A program made the position numbers and the translations under genes. From an uncultured Acidimicrobiia bacterium (lineage in GTDB: Bacteria > Actinomycetota > Acidimicrobiia > Acidimicrobiales > AC-14): a stretch of DNA of 64,000 bases. Below are positions 35,198 to 44,457 of the stretch, piece by piece. Every line of letters starts with the position of its first letter. The first letter of the stretch is position 1. Under the pieces are notes generated by a model that saw only the letters and a list, made by a program, of their open reading frames with translations, searched no databases and was not told where the DNA came from. The stretch spans positions 65,685 to 129,684 of the forward strand of contig CAWIIV010000008.1 of assembly GCA_963836205.1 (NCBI GenBank). Reading direction: 5' to 3'.

Positions 35198-36211
35198 TCA
35201 GAGGGTGACGGCGTTGATGGCGCTCGTCCACGGCTCCGCCTCCAGGTGGGTGAGGTCGGGGTCGGAGCCGAGGCGGCGGGCGGCGGCCACCACCAGCCGT
35301 TGGAAGGCGACGACGGCCACCAGCGGGCGGGCCAGCTCGGCCACCGACGACATCTGCAGCCCGCACGACGACCCGGTGCCGCAGTGGACGACGGTCGCCC
35401 CCACCCGACCGAGCAGCCCGGACAGGTCGTGGGTGCGGCCACCGCCGTCGCCCGCGGGCAGGATCAGGAAGGCCGAGGTCGACGGCGAGAACACCGCCGG
35501 TGTCCCGTGCAGGGCCAACTCGGTGTGCAGGCCCTCGGCCCACCGGTAGGTCCCCTCCTTGACCTTGAGGGCGGCCTCGTCGGCCGTGACCTCGTCCAAA
35601 CCCCCGCCAATGATCGCCACCACCGCGCCGTCGCGGGTGGCCGCGTCTACCGCCGCGTCTGCCATCGGCAGGGCGAGCGTCCGCGCCATCGCCGCCGGCA
35701 CCTCCCGGAGGGCGGCCGCCAGCTCGTCGGCCTCCTCGCCGAACGTGGCGCACACGAGCCGGCCCAGCACGGCCAGGGACGAGGTGTACGAGACGGTGTG
35801 GGTGCTGGCCTGCTCCTGGCGGCACGTCCGCAGGACGAGGTCGGCCGCCGGCTGGTGGGGCCCGACCCCGGTGACCGCCACCGTCGTGGCCCCTGCGTCC
35901 CGGGCGGCGGCGAGGACGGCGTTCGGGAACCGCTTGGTGCCCCGGTGGCTGACCACGACCACCTGGTCGTCGGGACGCAGCGACTCCCACAGGGCCAGGT
36001 CGTGGGCGTCGATGGCGGCGGGACGGACCCGCCCCCGGGTCACCCTCCGGACCCAGATCGCCGCCGCTCGGCAGGCGTGCAGCGACGAGCCGATGCCGGT
36101 GAAGATGAGGGGCCGCCCGGGGTCGAGGCCGTCGATCGGACCGTCCCCCAGGACGGCGGCGATCGCCGCCGGCTGCTCGCCGATGTGCTCCTCGAAGGCC
36201 GACCCGGTCAC
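35198..36211 (-). CDS. Two-SIS-domain sugar-phosphate isomerase/deaminase-like protein (GlmS C-terminal / AgaS / FrlB-like)
   Basis: FTGIGSSLHACRAA...VVVSHRGTKRF and a second SIS half (VVAIIGGGLDEVTADEAALKVKEGTY..AEG). Start placed at the GTG at 36211 to avoid overlapping the upstream gene; ATG 36256 is an alternative. Confidence 0.75.
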   Translation of the reverse strand: MTGSAFEEHIGEQPAAIAAVLGDGPIDGLDPGRPLIFTGIGSSLHACRAAAIWVRRVTRGRVRPAAIDAHDLALWESLRPDDQVVVVSHRGTKRFPNAVLAAARDAGATTVAVTGVGPHQPAADLVLRTCRQEQASTHTVSYTSSLAVLGRLVCATFGEEADELAAALREVPAAMARTLALPMADAAVDAATRDGAVVAIIGGGLDEVTADEAALKVKEGTYRWAEGLHTELALHGTPAVFSPSTSAFLILPAGDGGGRTHDLSGLLGRVGATVVHCGTGSSCGLQMSSVAELARPLVAVVAFQRLVVAAARRLGSDPDLTHLEAEPWTSAINAVTL

Positions 36212-36227
36212 CGGGCCCGGCCCTGGT

Positions 36228-37262
36228 TCAGGAGGCCCCCTTGGCCAGGAAGCCATGGCCGGCGAAGGCGTCCCTCGTGGCCGGGTCGTCGAGCGCGCCG
36301 ATCTCGGCGAAGTGGAGGACCGTCTGGGAGGCAGTGGCCGCCCACGACGGGCGCATGACGTCGTCGGCGTAGACCTCGGCCAGGACCTGCTCGGCGTCGT
36401 CGCGGCCGAGGCCGTAGCCGGCCAGCTCGAAGCGCAGGACCGTGACGTCGGGTCGGAGGAAGGCGTCGATCAGGTCCGGCACCAGGACGCCCATCTCGCG
36501 GCGAATGGCCGGCGTGAGGTTCATCCAGAGGATCCGGAGGAAGGCGGCGAAGTAGGCGTGGTGGCGGCCCTCGTCGTGGGCATGGTCGCGGACGATGTCG
36601 CGCACCGCCTCCGCGACCGACGGGTCGTCGGGCATCGAGGCCAGGGTGGCGGTGATCAGGGTCTCGGAGCACACGACGAAGAGCAGCTCCACCAGCGGCT
36701 CGAGGCCCTGGCCCACCTCGGCCTGGATCGCCCGCAACCGTTGGATGAAGTACGGCTGCCGCTCCAGCAGCGGCGTGATCCCGGAGAGGGCCCGGGCCTG
36801 GCGCAGGAGGTCGGCCGCGAAGAGGGCGTGGTAGGCCTCGTCGCAATAGATCTTGTGGGCGTCGAACGCCATCTCCTCCGGCACCTCGAACCCGACCTCG
36901 CCGTGGGCGATGCCGGCCACCGTCCGGTTGACCACCAGGTGCTCCAGCTTGGTGGTGAAGTCGAGGTAGCGGTAGAGGTGCTGGGTGAGCACCGCCTCGA
37001 AGGCGGCGGGGGGCAACGCCCGGACCAGGGGATGCGTCGCCAGGGGCACCATCTCCGGCGAGAACAGCAGGTGGCGGGCACCGTCGGTGGCGAGCATCCG
37101 CCTGGGCGCCCGGCGGACCGACGCCCTTTCGTGCCAACTGGCGAGGGGGCTGCGGTAGGCCGCCCCCGCCTCCGCCACGGCTGGCGCGGGTGCCCGCAGC
37201 GCGTCCAGCGGGCAGGTGGCGAACGCGGCGCAGCCCGAGAACAGACCTGCTATCCCGCACAT
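36228..37262 (-). CDS. AurF-like di-iron oxygenase (arylamine N-oxygenase family)
   Basis: Carboxylate/His ligand pattern: KIYCDEAYHALF, VCSETLIT and RDHAHDEGRHHAYF. Start at ATG comp. 37260-37262, a 13-nt overlap with the methyltransferase gene. Confidence 0.75.
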   Translation of the reverse strand: MCGIAGLFSGCAAFATCPLDALRAPAPAVAEAGAAYRSPLASWHERASVRRAPRRMLATDGARHLLFSPEMVPLATHPLVRALPPAAFEAVLTQHLYRYLDFTTKLEHLVVNRTVAGIAHGEVGFEVPEEMAFDAHKIYCDEAYHALFAADLLRQARALSGITPLLERQPYFIQRLRAIQAEVGQGLEPLVELLFVVCSETLITATLASMPDDPSVAEAVRDIVRDHAHDEGRHHAYFAAFLRILWMNLTPAIRREMGVLVPDLIDAFLRPDVTVLRFELAGYGLGRDDAEQVLAEVYADDVMRPSWAATASQTVLHFAEIGALDDPATRDAFAGHGFLAKGAS

Positions 37263-38233
37263 CGGTCGTCGGCCCCGTCCCCGTCCCCGTCCCCCGGTGC
37301 CGGACCCGCGACCCGCCGGCGGTAGACGCCGACGCCCTCCGAGGTCGGGTACACGCGGCGGCGGTCGTAGTGCTCCTCCAGGTGGGGCAGGAACTTGGAG
37401 AACTGGGCCCGGTTCGACCCGATGCGGCGCTCGAAGTACCCGTTGTCGGTCACGTTCTCGAGGAGCATGTTGTGGGCCAGGAGGACACCGCCGGGGCGGA
37501 CGGCCGGCGTCGCCGCCCGCATGATCGGGAAGTAGATGGCCTTGTCCCGCAGGTCGGGGTCGGGTCCGTCCTTCGGACCCTCGGCGTCGAGGACGCACAG
37601 GTCGACGTCGTGGAGGCGAGGCGCCACCTCGATGGCGTCGGCGACCACGAAGTCGGTGACGTCGGCCCATCCCATGGCCGCGAAGTTCCGTTCCGCGATG
37701 GCCATGACCGCCGGGTCGACGTCGACGAGGGTCACGGTCCCGCCGCCGGCCACGATGCCGGGCAGCGCCCAGAGGGCCCAGTAGCCGTAATAGGAACCGA
37801 GGAACGCGGTGCGTTGCGGGCGGAGGACGTGGGCCAGGGCGTACAGCAGCCGCGCCTCCTCGGGAAAGATGTAGGTGACCCGTCCGTCGTGGGCGGCGAG
37901 GGCGACGACTTGCTCGCGATAGTCGTCGAACTCGTGCTCGGGATAGGCGGCTGACGGGATGATCTCGGCGGCCACCAGATCGTCGAGGAGACCAGCGACG
38001 CACTGCCGATCGTCGAGCGGAAACCGGGTGGACAGGTTGCGCTGGTCCTCGTTCAGGATGCCGCCCACCAGGGCTTTTCCGTCGGCGGCCATCCACGCGC
38101 TGTAGTCGTCACGGGTGAGTTTCGCCGCCCGGAAATCCCGGTACTGGGGGATTTCGGCGAGGACCATTTCGATCAGGCCGAAGACGGGACCGCCCGCGGC
38201 GTACACATGTTCCGACGACCGAAGTTTCTGCAA
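37250..38233 (-). CDS. Class I SAM-dependent O-methyltransferase (family 3-like) with an N-terminal extension
   Basis: SAM-binding region FLGSYYGYWALWALPGIVAGGGTVTLVDVDPAVMAIAERNF...DLCVLDAEGP...LRPGGVLLAHN. Confidence 0.75.
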   Translation of the reverse strand: MQKLRSSEHVYAAGGPVFGLIEMVLAEIPQYRDFRAAKLTRDDYSAWMAADGKALVGGILNEDQRNLSTRFPLDDRQCVAGLLDDLVAAEIIPSAAYPEHEFDDYREQVVALAAHDGRVTYIFPEEARLLYALAHVLRPQRTAFLGSYYGYWALWALPGIVAGGGTVTLVDVDPAVMAIAERNFAAMGWADVTDFVVADAIEVAPRLHDVDLCVLDAEGPKDGPDPDLRDKAIYFPIMRAATPAVRPGGVLLAHNMLLENVTDNGYFERRIGSNRAQFSKFLPHLEEHYDRRRVYPTSEGVGVYRRRVAGPAPGDGDGDGADDRCAG

Positions 38234-38290
38234 TCCGAGCCCCGCGCGCTCCAGAGATGAACTGTCCCGACGCCGAACGCTATCACCCCC

Positions 38291-39439
38291 TCAGCCGATC
38301 GAGTCCAGGGCCTGGACCAGGTCGGCCACCAGGTCGGCGGCGTCTTCGATACCCACCGAGAGGCGGAGCAGGGCGGGATCGACCGCCTGGTCGGTGCCCA
38401 CCTGGGCCGCGTTGCTCATCATCGTCGGATAGCCGATCAGCGATTCCACCCCGCCCAGCGACTCCCCCAGCGTGAACAGGCGGGTGCGGCCGGCCACCGC
38501 CCGGGCGGCGTCGTCGCCCCCTGCGAGGGTGAACGCGACCACGCCGCCGAAGCCCCGCATCTGACGGGAGGCGAGCTCGTGGCCCGGGTGCGTCGCCAAC
38601 CCCGGCCAGAGAACCTCCTTCACCGCCGGGTGGCCCTGGAGCGCCTCCGCCACCGCGGCCGCGTTGCGGCAGTGCCGGTCCATTCGGGCGGCAAGGGTCT
38701 TCATGCCGCGCAGGACGAGGAAGCAGTCCATCGGGCCCGGGATGGCGCCCGCCGCGTGCTGCACGAGGGTGACGGCCGCGGCCAGCTCGTCGTCGTCGCA
38801 GGCGACGAACCCGCCGACCACGTCGGAGTGGCCGCCGAGGTACTTGCTGGTGGAGTGCACCACCACGTCGGCACCCAGCTCGAGCGGGCGCTGGAGGTAG
38901 GGCGTGGCCAGGGTGTTGTCGACCACGCAGATCGCCCCCCGCTCGTGGGCCAGCCGGGCGAGGGCGGCGATGTCGACGATCCCGAGGGTGGGGTTGGTGG
39001 GCGACTCGACCCACAGCACGCGGGTCTCCGGCTGCCAGGCGGCGGCCACCGCGTCGAGGTCGGACTGGTCGACGGCGTCGAAGCGCACCGACAGCACCCG
39101 CGAAACCAGCCTCCAGGTCCCCCCGTAGCCGCGGTGGGGCACGAGGACGTGGTCGTCGGGCCCGAGGCGGCGGAGCACGGCGTCGGAGGCGGCCATCCCG
39201 CTGGCGAAGGCCCGCCCGTGGGCCGCCCCCTCAAGGGATGCCAGGCACCGTTCCAACGCCCGCCGGGTGGGATTGGCGGTGCGCGAGTAGGAGAACTCCG
39301 GGTCGTGGCCCAGCCCGGCGTGGGCGAAGGTCGACGTCTGGTAGATCGGGACGGCGACCGGCGCCACCGTGGGGTCGGGTTCCTGGCCGGCGTGAATGGC
39401 CCGCGTCTCGAAGCCGAGGTCGCCGCCGTCCTTGTCCAC
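38291..39439 (-). CDS. Cys/Met-metabolism PLP enzyme (cystathionine gamma-synthase/gamma-lyase family)
   Basis: FETRAIHAGQEPDP, YSRTANPTRRALE, and PLP-lysine in VVHSTSKYLGGHSDV; C-terminal LRLSVGIEDAADLVADL. The GTG start lies inside the first copy of the 16-nt tandem repeat. Confidence 0.9.
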   Translation of the reverse strand: MDKDGGDLGFETRAIHAGQEPDPTVAPVAVPIYQTSTFAHAGLGHDPEFSYSRTANPTRRALERCLASLEGAAHGRAFASGMAASDAVLRRLGPDDHVLVPHRGYGGTWRLVSRVLSVRFDAVDQSDLDAVAAAWQPETRVLWVESPTNPTLGIVDIAALARLAHERGAICVVDNTLATPYLQRPLELGADVVVHSTSKYLGGHSDVVGGFVACDDDELAAAVTLVQHAAGAIPGPMDCFLVLRGMKTLAARMDRHCRNAAAVAEALQGHPAVKEVLWPGLATHPGHELASRQMRGFGGVVAFTLAGGDDAARAVAGRTRLFTLGESLGGVESLIGYPTMMSNAAQVGTDQAVDPALLRLSVGIEDAADLVADLVQALDSIG

Positions 39440-39513
39440 GTCAGACGATGTCCACGTCAGACGATGTCCACGTCAGACGATGTCCACGTCAGACGGAGTC
39501 CACGTCAGACGGC
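39434..39513. repeat. Tandem repeat, 5 copies of a 16-nt unit GTCCACGTCAGACG(AT/GA/GC)
   Basis: Copies are at 39434, 39450, 39466, 39482 and 39498 (three identical, two with 1-2 changes at the unit end). The array spans the stop of the PP2C gene (39505-07) and the start of the CGL-like gene (39439). Confidence 0.95.
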
Positions 39514-41724
39514 GATCGTGCAGCGGACGAGGGTGCCGTTGGGCCCCGACTGGACCCGGCACTCCTTGGCCACCGATTGCACGAGGAACAGGCCCCGTCC
39601 CCGCTCTAACGTCGGGTCGGGCATGGCGTCGTCGGCCGGCAGCAGGCCCTCGAAACCGGGGCCGTCGTCGGTGGCCTCCACCGTGACCTCTCCTGGCCCG
39701 ACCCACGCCCGCAGCTCGACCCCGCTGCGGGCCGCCCGCACCGCGTTGGTGCCCAGCTCCGCCGCCACCAGGACGATGTCGTCGATCCTGTGACCCGCGG
39801 GGCCGAGCTTGGTCACCAGCCACGCTCGGAGCCGGCGGCGGGCGGCGGAGAGGCCCTCGGGCGAGGGCGACACCCGCTCGCGGAACCGGGGGGATGGCGA
39901 CCGCAGGACCAGCACGGCCATGTCGTCGCGGGGGTACCCGCCCTGGAACTCGAGCATGGCCGCCTCCACCGCCGCTGCCACCGCGTCGGCCGGCTGGCCG
40001 TGGGTGCGGCGCAGCACGTCCTCCAGCAGGCCGTCGGCGAAGGAGCCGTCGGGTGCCCGGGCCTCGACCACGCCGTCGGTGTAGAAGACGAGCGACTCCC
40101 CCGGCAGCAGCCGGTGGGTGTCGTCGAACACCGTGGGCGAGGCGAACAGGCCGACGGCCGTCCCCGGGCGGCCCAGGGTGCGGACCTCGCCCGCGGCGTC
40201 GACCAGCAGCGGGAGGGGGTGGCCGGCACACGACAGGGTGACCCGCACCGGCTCCTCGGCCGTCTCGACGAAGGCCTGGGCGATGGTGCAGAAGCGGTCG
40301 CCCGTCTCGTGGTCGAGGAGGCTGCGGTTGAGCACCTCCAGCACGCCCGACGGCCGGGCCTCGCTGCGGGCCGCGGTGCGCACCGTGTAGCGGGCCAGGG
40401 CGGTCAGCTGGGCGGCCATGACGCCCTTGCCGCACACGTCGCCGATGGCCACGCCCCAGCGACCCCGGCCGAGGGGAAAGACGTCGTAGAAGTCGCCCCC
40501 CACCTCGCTGCGGCCGCCCACCGGGTGGTAGCGGGCACCGACATCGAGGCCGGGCAGCAGGGCCAGGGAATGGGGCAGCAGGCTGCGCTGGAGGGTGCGG
40601 ACCACCTCGGCCCGGGCCTCCTGGGCGCGGGCGTTCTCGATGGCCACCGCCGCCCGGCCGGCCAGGTCCTCGACGAACGGCAGGTCGGACGGGCGGTAGC
40701 GGCGGGGCGACGTGCTCACGGTGAGCGCCAGCACCCCGATGCGCCGGTCGTGGGTCGACAGGGGTACGAGCATGGCCGAGCGGATGCCGAGCCGGCGCAG
40801 CACCTCGAGTTCGTCCGGGGTCTGGGCCAGCCGGGTCCATGCTTCCTCGGTCAGCTCTGACAGGACGACCGGCTCGCCCGACTCGACGATGCCGAGGATC
40901 AGCGGATTGGTCGTGGGCCGGCCTGTCGCCGCCCGCTCCCGCAACAGGGTGTCGAGGTCGGGGTCGCCGTGGGCGGTCACCACCAGCCGCACCCCCTCGT
41001 CATCGGCCAGGTAGACGGTGCAGGTGTCGGCGATGCCGGGCACGGCCAGGCGGGCGACCCGGGCCAGGGTCTCCTCGTAGTCGAGCGACGAGCTCAGCAC
41101 CCGGCTGGCGTCGGCCAGGAATCCCTTGCGCAGGGCCGACTCGTGTTCGGCCGCGTAGTAACGGGCCCGGTCGAGGGCCTGCCCCGCCTGCTGGCCGATG
41201 GCGTCGAGGAAGCGGACGTCGTCGTCGGTGAACGTCCTCGGCCGGGACCACCCGAGGGCGAGGGCGCCGATCGGGTCGTCGCCCGCGGAGACGGGGACGA
41301 TGGCGAAGGCCCGGTTGGTAACGGGGACGTCCTTCAGCCCGGGATAGAGCTCGTCGCGCTCGGCCACCGAGCCCATGAGGACGATGCGCCGGGTGCGGAG
41401 GGCGTCGGCGGCCGGGAGGTCGGACTCGAGTGGGAAGGTCCGGAAGCGCTCGATGGCGGCGGGGTCGTAGCCCACGGAGCGGACGACCTCCATGGTCAGG
41501 CCGTCGTCGGCCAGGAGGCAGAGGGCGACGCTGGCCGCGCCCGCCCCGTCGCTCGCCCGCTCGACGATGACCCCGGCCACCTGGTCGGGCGTGCGGGCCT
41601 GGGAGAGCCCGGCGGTGATGGCCTGGAGGTCGGCCAGGCGGCGGGCGGACTGCTCGGCCGCGGCCCGGGCGTCGCGCTCGGCTTGGAGCAGGCGGGCCAG
41701 CTCCGCCTCCGTCCACGGCCCCAT
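39505..41724 (-). CDS. GAF-domain PP2C (SpoIIE-type) phosphatase fused to a C-terminal RsbW/SpoIIAB-like HATPase (anti-sigma kinase) domain
   Basis: PP2C block: GGDFYDVF...WGVAIGDVCGKGVMAAQLTA...FYTDGVVEA. C-terminal block: VLVAAELGTNAVRAA...VEATDDGPGF...ERGRGLFLVQSVA. Start taken at ATG 41724 to avoid overlapping the upstream small gene; GTG alternatives lie upstream. Confidence 0.85.
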   Translation of the reverse strand: MGPWTEAELARLLQAERDARAAAEQSARRLADLQAITAGLSQARTPDQVAGVIVERASDGAGAASVALCLLADDGLTMEVVRSVGYDPAAIERFRTFPLESDLPAADALRTRRIVLMGSVAERDELYPGLKDVPVTNRAFAIVPVSAGDDPIGALALGWSRPRTFTDDDVRFLDAIGQQAGQALDRARYYAAEHESALRKGFLADASRVLSSSLDYEETLARVARLAVPGIADTCTVYLADDEGVRLVVTAHGDPDLDTLLRERAATGRPTTNPLILGIVESGEPVVLSELTEEAWTRLAQTPDELEVLRRLGIRSAMLVPLSTHDRRIGVLALTVSTSPRRYRPSDLPFVEDLAGRAAVAIENARAQEARAEVVRTLQRSLLPHSLALLPGLDVGARYHPVGGRSEVGGDFYDVFPLGRGRWGVAIGDVCGKGVMAAQLTALARYTVRTAARSEARPSGVLEVLNRSLLDHETGDRFCTIAQAFVETAEEPVRVTLSCAGHPLPLLVDAAGEVRTLGRPGTAVGLFASPTVFDDTHRLLPGESLVFYTDGVVEARAPDGSFADGLLEDVLRRTHGQPADAVAAAVEAAMLEFQGGYPRDDMAVLVLRSPSPRFRERVSPSPEGLSAARRRLRAWLVTKLGPAGHRIDDIVLVAAELGTNAVRAARSGVELRAWVGPGEVTVEATDDGPGFEGLLPADDAMPDPTLERGRGLFLVQSVAKECRVQSGPNGTLVRCTIAV

Positions 41725-41849
41725 GGGAACCCCAACCGGGTCCGTCGGCTCCACGGCCACCCCCGGGATGTCCTCCACAACGCCGACTCTAGGGGCAGCC
41801 CGCCTCCAGAAGCCCCGGGGACCGAGCGGTGGCCTGTCCCCCTCTGGGG

Positions 41850-42122
41850 TTAGTAGTCGACGCGGCGGCGAGTCACCCGCCGGCGGGTTGCGCCCACGGC
41901 GACCGGGCCCTCGTCGACCAGGTCGCTCTCCACGACCGTGCGCCGGCCCCACCAGCCGCCGTCGCCGAACACCAGGAGCGTGGTCGCCAACCCGATGCCG
42001 CCGACGACCATGAGGATCACGCCGACGGTGGCCAGGTCGATCCCCGTCGTCTGCACGTTCACGGCGAAGGCCAACACCGCCCCGACAGCGATCAGGAACA
42101 CGCTGACACCTATGCCCATCAC
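41850..42122 (-). CDS. Small two-TM membrane protein (DUF6458-like)
   Basis: MMGIGVSVFLIAVGAVLAFAV...VGVILMVVGGIGLATTLLVF followed by a charged tail. Confidence 0.6.
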   Translation of the reverse strand: MMGIGVSVFLIAVGAVLAFAVNVQTTGIDLATVGVILMVVGGIGLATTLLVFGDGGWWGRRTVVESDLVDEGPVAVGATRRRVTRRRVDY

Positions 42123-42412
42123 GACCTCCTGTTGGTCACTGCTCTGCTCGCCCAGCCCTTACCCAGCCGGCGACGGCCGTACCCGGCGCGGCGGTAGGGT
42201 GCCGGCCAGAAAGGGGGGATGCGCCGTGCACCATCGTTGAGCGATCGTCCACCGCCGCCCGGTCGGGCGACCATGGCCGCCGCGCACCTGCGCCGTGCCC
42301 CTCCTTCTCCTTCCTCCGGGCTGATCCCCCGAGGTCCTGAGCGGGTTGGGCATCGCGGGGCTGCTCGGCCGCCGCCGATACCCCCGGAACCCCTCGCGAG
42401 GAGAACCCCTTC

Positions 42413-43555
42413 ATGCCTCATCCTGCTCTGGACGTCCTTGACACCGTCATCGCCGACGTGGTCGCGCCCGCCGCCGACGACGTCGACCGCAACGGCACCT
42501 TCCCCCGGGCCGCGATCGCCGCCCTGGGCGAGGCCGGCCTGCTGGGCCTGGCCAGCGCCACCGATGTCGGCGGCCAGGGCCTGGCCTTCGACGGCGTCGC
42601 ACCCGTGATCGAGCGCCTGGCCGGCGCCTGTGGATCGACGGCCATGGTCGTGCTCATGCACTACGCCGCCACCGCCCTGGTCGAGGCCCACGGCCCGGCC
42701 GCGGTGCGGGAGGACATCGCCGCCGGCCGCTGCCTCGCCACCCTCGCCTTCTCCGAGGTCGGCTCCCGGAGCCACTTCTGGGCCCCGATGAGCACGGCCG
42801 ACGCCACCGGCGACGGCTCCGTCCGCCTCGACGCCCACAAGAGCTGGGTGACGGCCGCAGGCGAGGCCGACCTCTACGTGTGGTCGAGCCGGCCGGTGGC
42901 GGCCGAGGGGCTGATGACCACCTGGCTGGTTCGTTCCGACGCCCCCGGGCTGACGGTCGCCGGTCCCTTCGACGGGCTCGGGCTGCGGGGCAACGCCTCC
43001 CGGCCGGTCGACGCGGAGGGGGTGATGGTCGCCGCCGACGCCATGCTCGGCGCCGATGGAGCGGGCCTCGACGTGGCCCTGGCCACGGCCCTGCCCTGGT
43101 TCCTCGTCCTCAACGCCGCCTTCTGCCTAGGACTGGCGGAGGCGGTCACCACCGAGTCGGTCGCCCACCTCACCCGGAGCCGGCTCCAGCACCTCGACCA
43201 GTCGCTGGCCCAGCAGGTGGTCCCCCGGCTCGACCTGGCCCGCATGCGCATCGACACCGACCGCACCCGGGCCTTCCTCGACGACACCACCGGGGCCCTC
43301 GCCGGGGGCCGGCCCGACGCCATGCTGCGGGTGCTGGAGGTGAAGGCGGTGGCGGCCGAGGCGGCCATCGCCGTCACCGACCTGGCCATGAAGGTCTGCG
43401 GGGGAGCTGCCTTCCGCCGGGAACTGGGGGTGGAGCGGCGGTTCCGCGACGCCCGGGCGGCCCGGGTGATGGCGCCCACCACCGAGGCCCTGCTCGACTT
43501 CGTCGGCCGTGCCATCTGCGGTCTGCCCCTCATCGACCCCCCCGCCGGCGCATGA
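42413..43555 (+). CDS. Acyl-CoA dehydrogenase-family flavoprotein
   Basis: 380-aa ORF with ACAD-like N-terminal, middle and C-terminal pattern (DRNGTFPRAAIAALGEAGLLGL...; GLRGNASRPV; C-terminal RRFRDARAARVMAPTTEAL). Confidence 0.8.
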   Translation: MPHPALDVLDTVIADVVAPAADDVDRNGTFPRAAIAALGEAGLLGLASATDVGGQGLAFDGVAPVIERLAGACGSTAMVVLMHYAATALVEAHGPAAVREDIAAGRCLATLAFSEVGSRSHFWAPMSTADATGDGSVRLDAHKSWVTAAGEADLYVWSSRPVAAEGLMTTWLVRSDAPGLTVAGPFDGLGLRGNASRPVDAEGVMVAADAMLGADGAGLDVALATALPWFLVLNAAFCLGLAEAVTTESVAHLTRSRLQHLDQSLAQQVVPRLDLARMRIDTDRTRAFLDDTTGALAGGRPDAMLRVLEVKAVAAEAAIAVTDLAMKVCGGAAFRRELGVERRFRDARAARVMAPTTEALLDFVGRAICGLPLIDPPAGA

Positions 43556-44395
43556 CGGCCCTGGTCATGGGGGCGGTGGCCTACGACCCCAAGGTGGTCA
43601 CCATCTGGGACGGCTTCCGGGCCTGGTTCCGGGACCAGGGCCTCGACTTCGACTACGTCCTCTATTCCAACTACGAGCGCCAGGTCGACGAGCTGGTCGC
43701 CGGCCGCATCCAGGCGGCGTGGAACTCGCCCCTGGCCTGGGTGCGCTCCGTGCGGATGGCGCCACTCGGCCCGGGCCCTGGTGATGCGGGACACCGACCT
43801 GGACCTCACCTCGGTGGTGGTCGTGGGGGCCGATTCCGACATCGGTTCGGTCGCCGACCTCGCGGGCCGGACGGTGGGCGTCGGGGCCGTCGACTCTCCC
43901 CAGGCCACGCTCATCCCGCTGTCGTCGCTGCGGGCGGCGGGGGCGGCGGGGGCGGCGGACGTGAAGGTGCGGCGGTTCGACGTCGGCGTGGGTCTCCACG
44001 GCGACCACATCGGGGGCGAGCGGGAGGCGGCGCGGGCCTTGGCCGGGGGCGAGGTCGACGCCGCCTGCATGATCGACGCCAACCACCTCCTGTTCGTCCG
44101 GGAGGGGACGCTGGCCGCGGGGTCGACCCGGGTGCTGACCCAGACCGGCGCCTACGACCACTGCAACATGACCGTCGTGGGCGGCGTGGCCGACGAGGCG
44201 GTGGGCCGGTTCGGCGAGCTGCTCCTGTCGATGTCGTACGCCGATCCCGCCGTCCGTCCCCTCCTCGACCTGGAGGGGCTGACCGCCTGGCGGCCGGGGC
44301 GCACGTCGGGCTACGCGGCCTTGGAGGCGGCCGTCGACGAGACCGGGTTCTACGACGCCGAGGGCAATGTCACCGCCGCCGACTACCGACCCTAG
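43552..44395 (+). pseudogene. PhnD/SsuA-type periplasmic-binding-fold protein without signal peptide, one frameshift near 43761
   Basis: ATGA overlap with the ACAD gene. N-terminal part MTALVMGAVAYDPKVVTIWDGFRAWFRDQGLDFDYVLYSNYERQVDELVAGRIQAAWNSPLAWVRSVRMA continues in another frame as ARALVMRDTDLDLTSVVVVGADSDIGSVADLAGRTVGVG... Confidence 0.65.
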
Positions 44396-44457
44396 GACAG
44401 TCGACCTCGAGGGCCTCGGCTTCGAGGAGGGCGCCCACCTCCTCCTGAAGCGGGCGC

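Noticed and set aside
37240-37262. The N-terminal MCGIAG of the AurF-like ORF resembles the Cys1 start of Ntn glutamine amidotransferases (AsnB/GlmS).
   Set aside because: - The similarity is limited to 6 residues.
- What follows is the di-iron AurF-like helical bundle, with no glutaminase domain.
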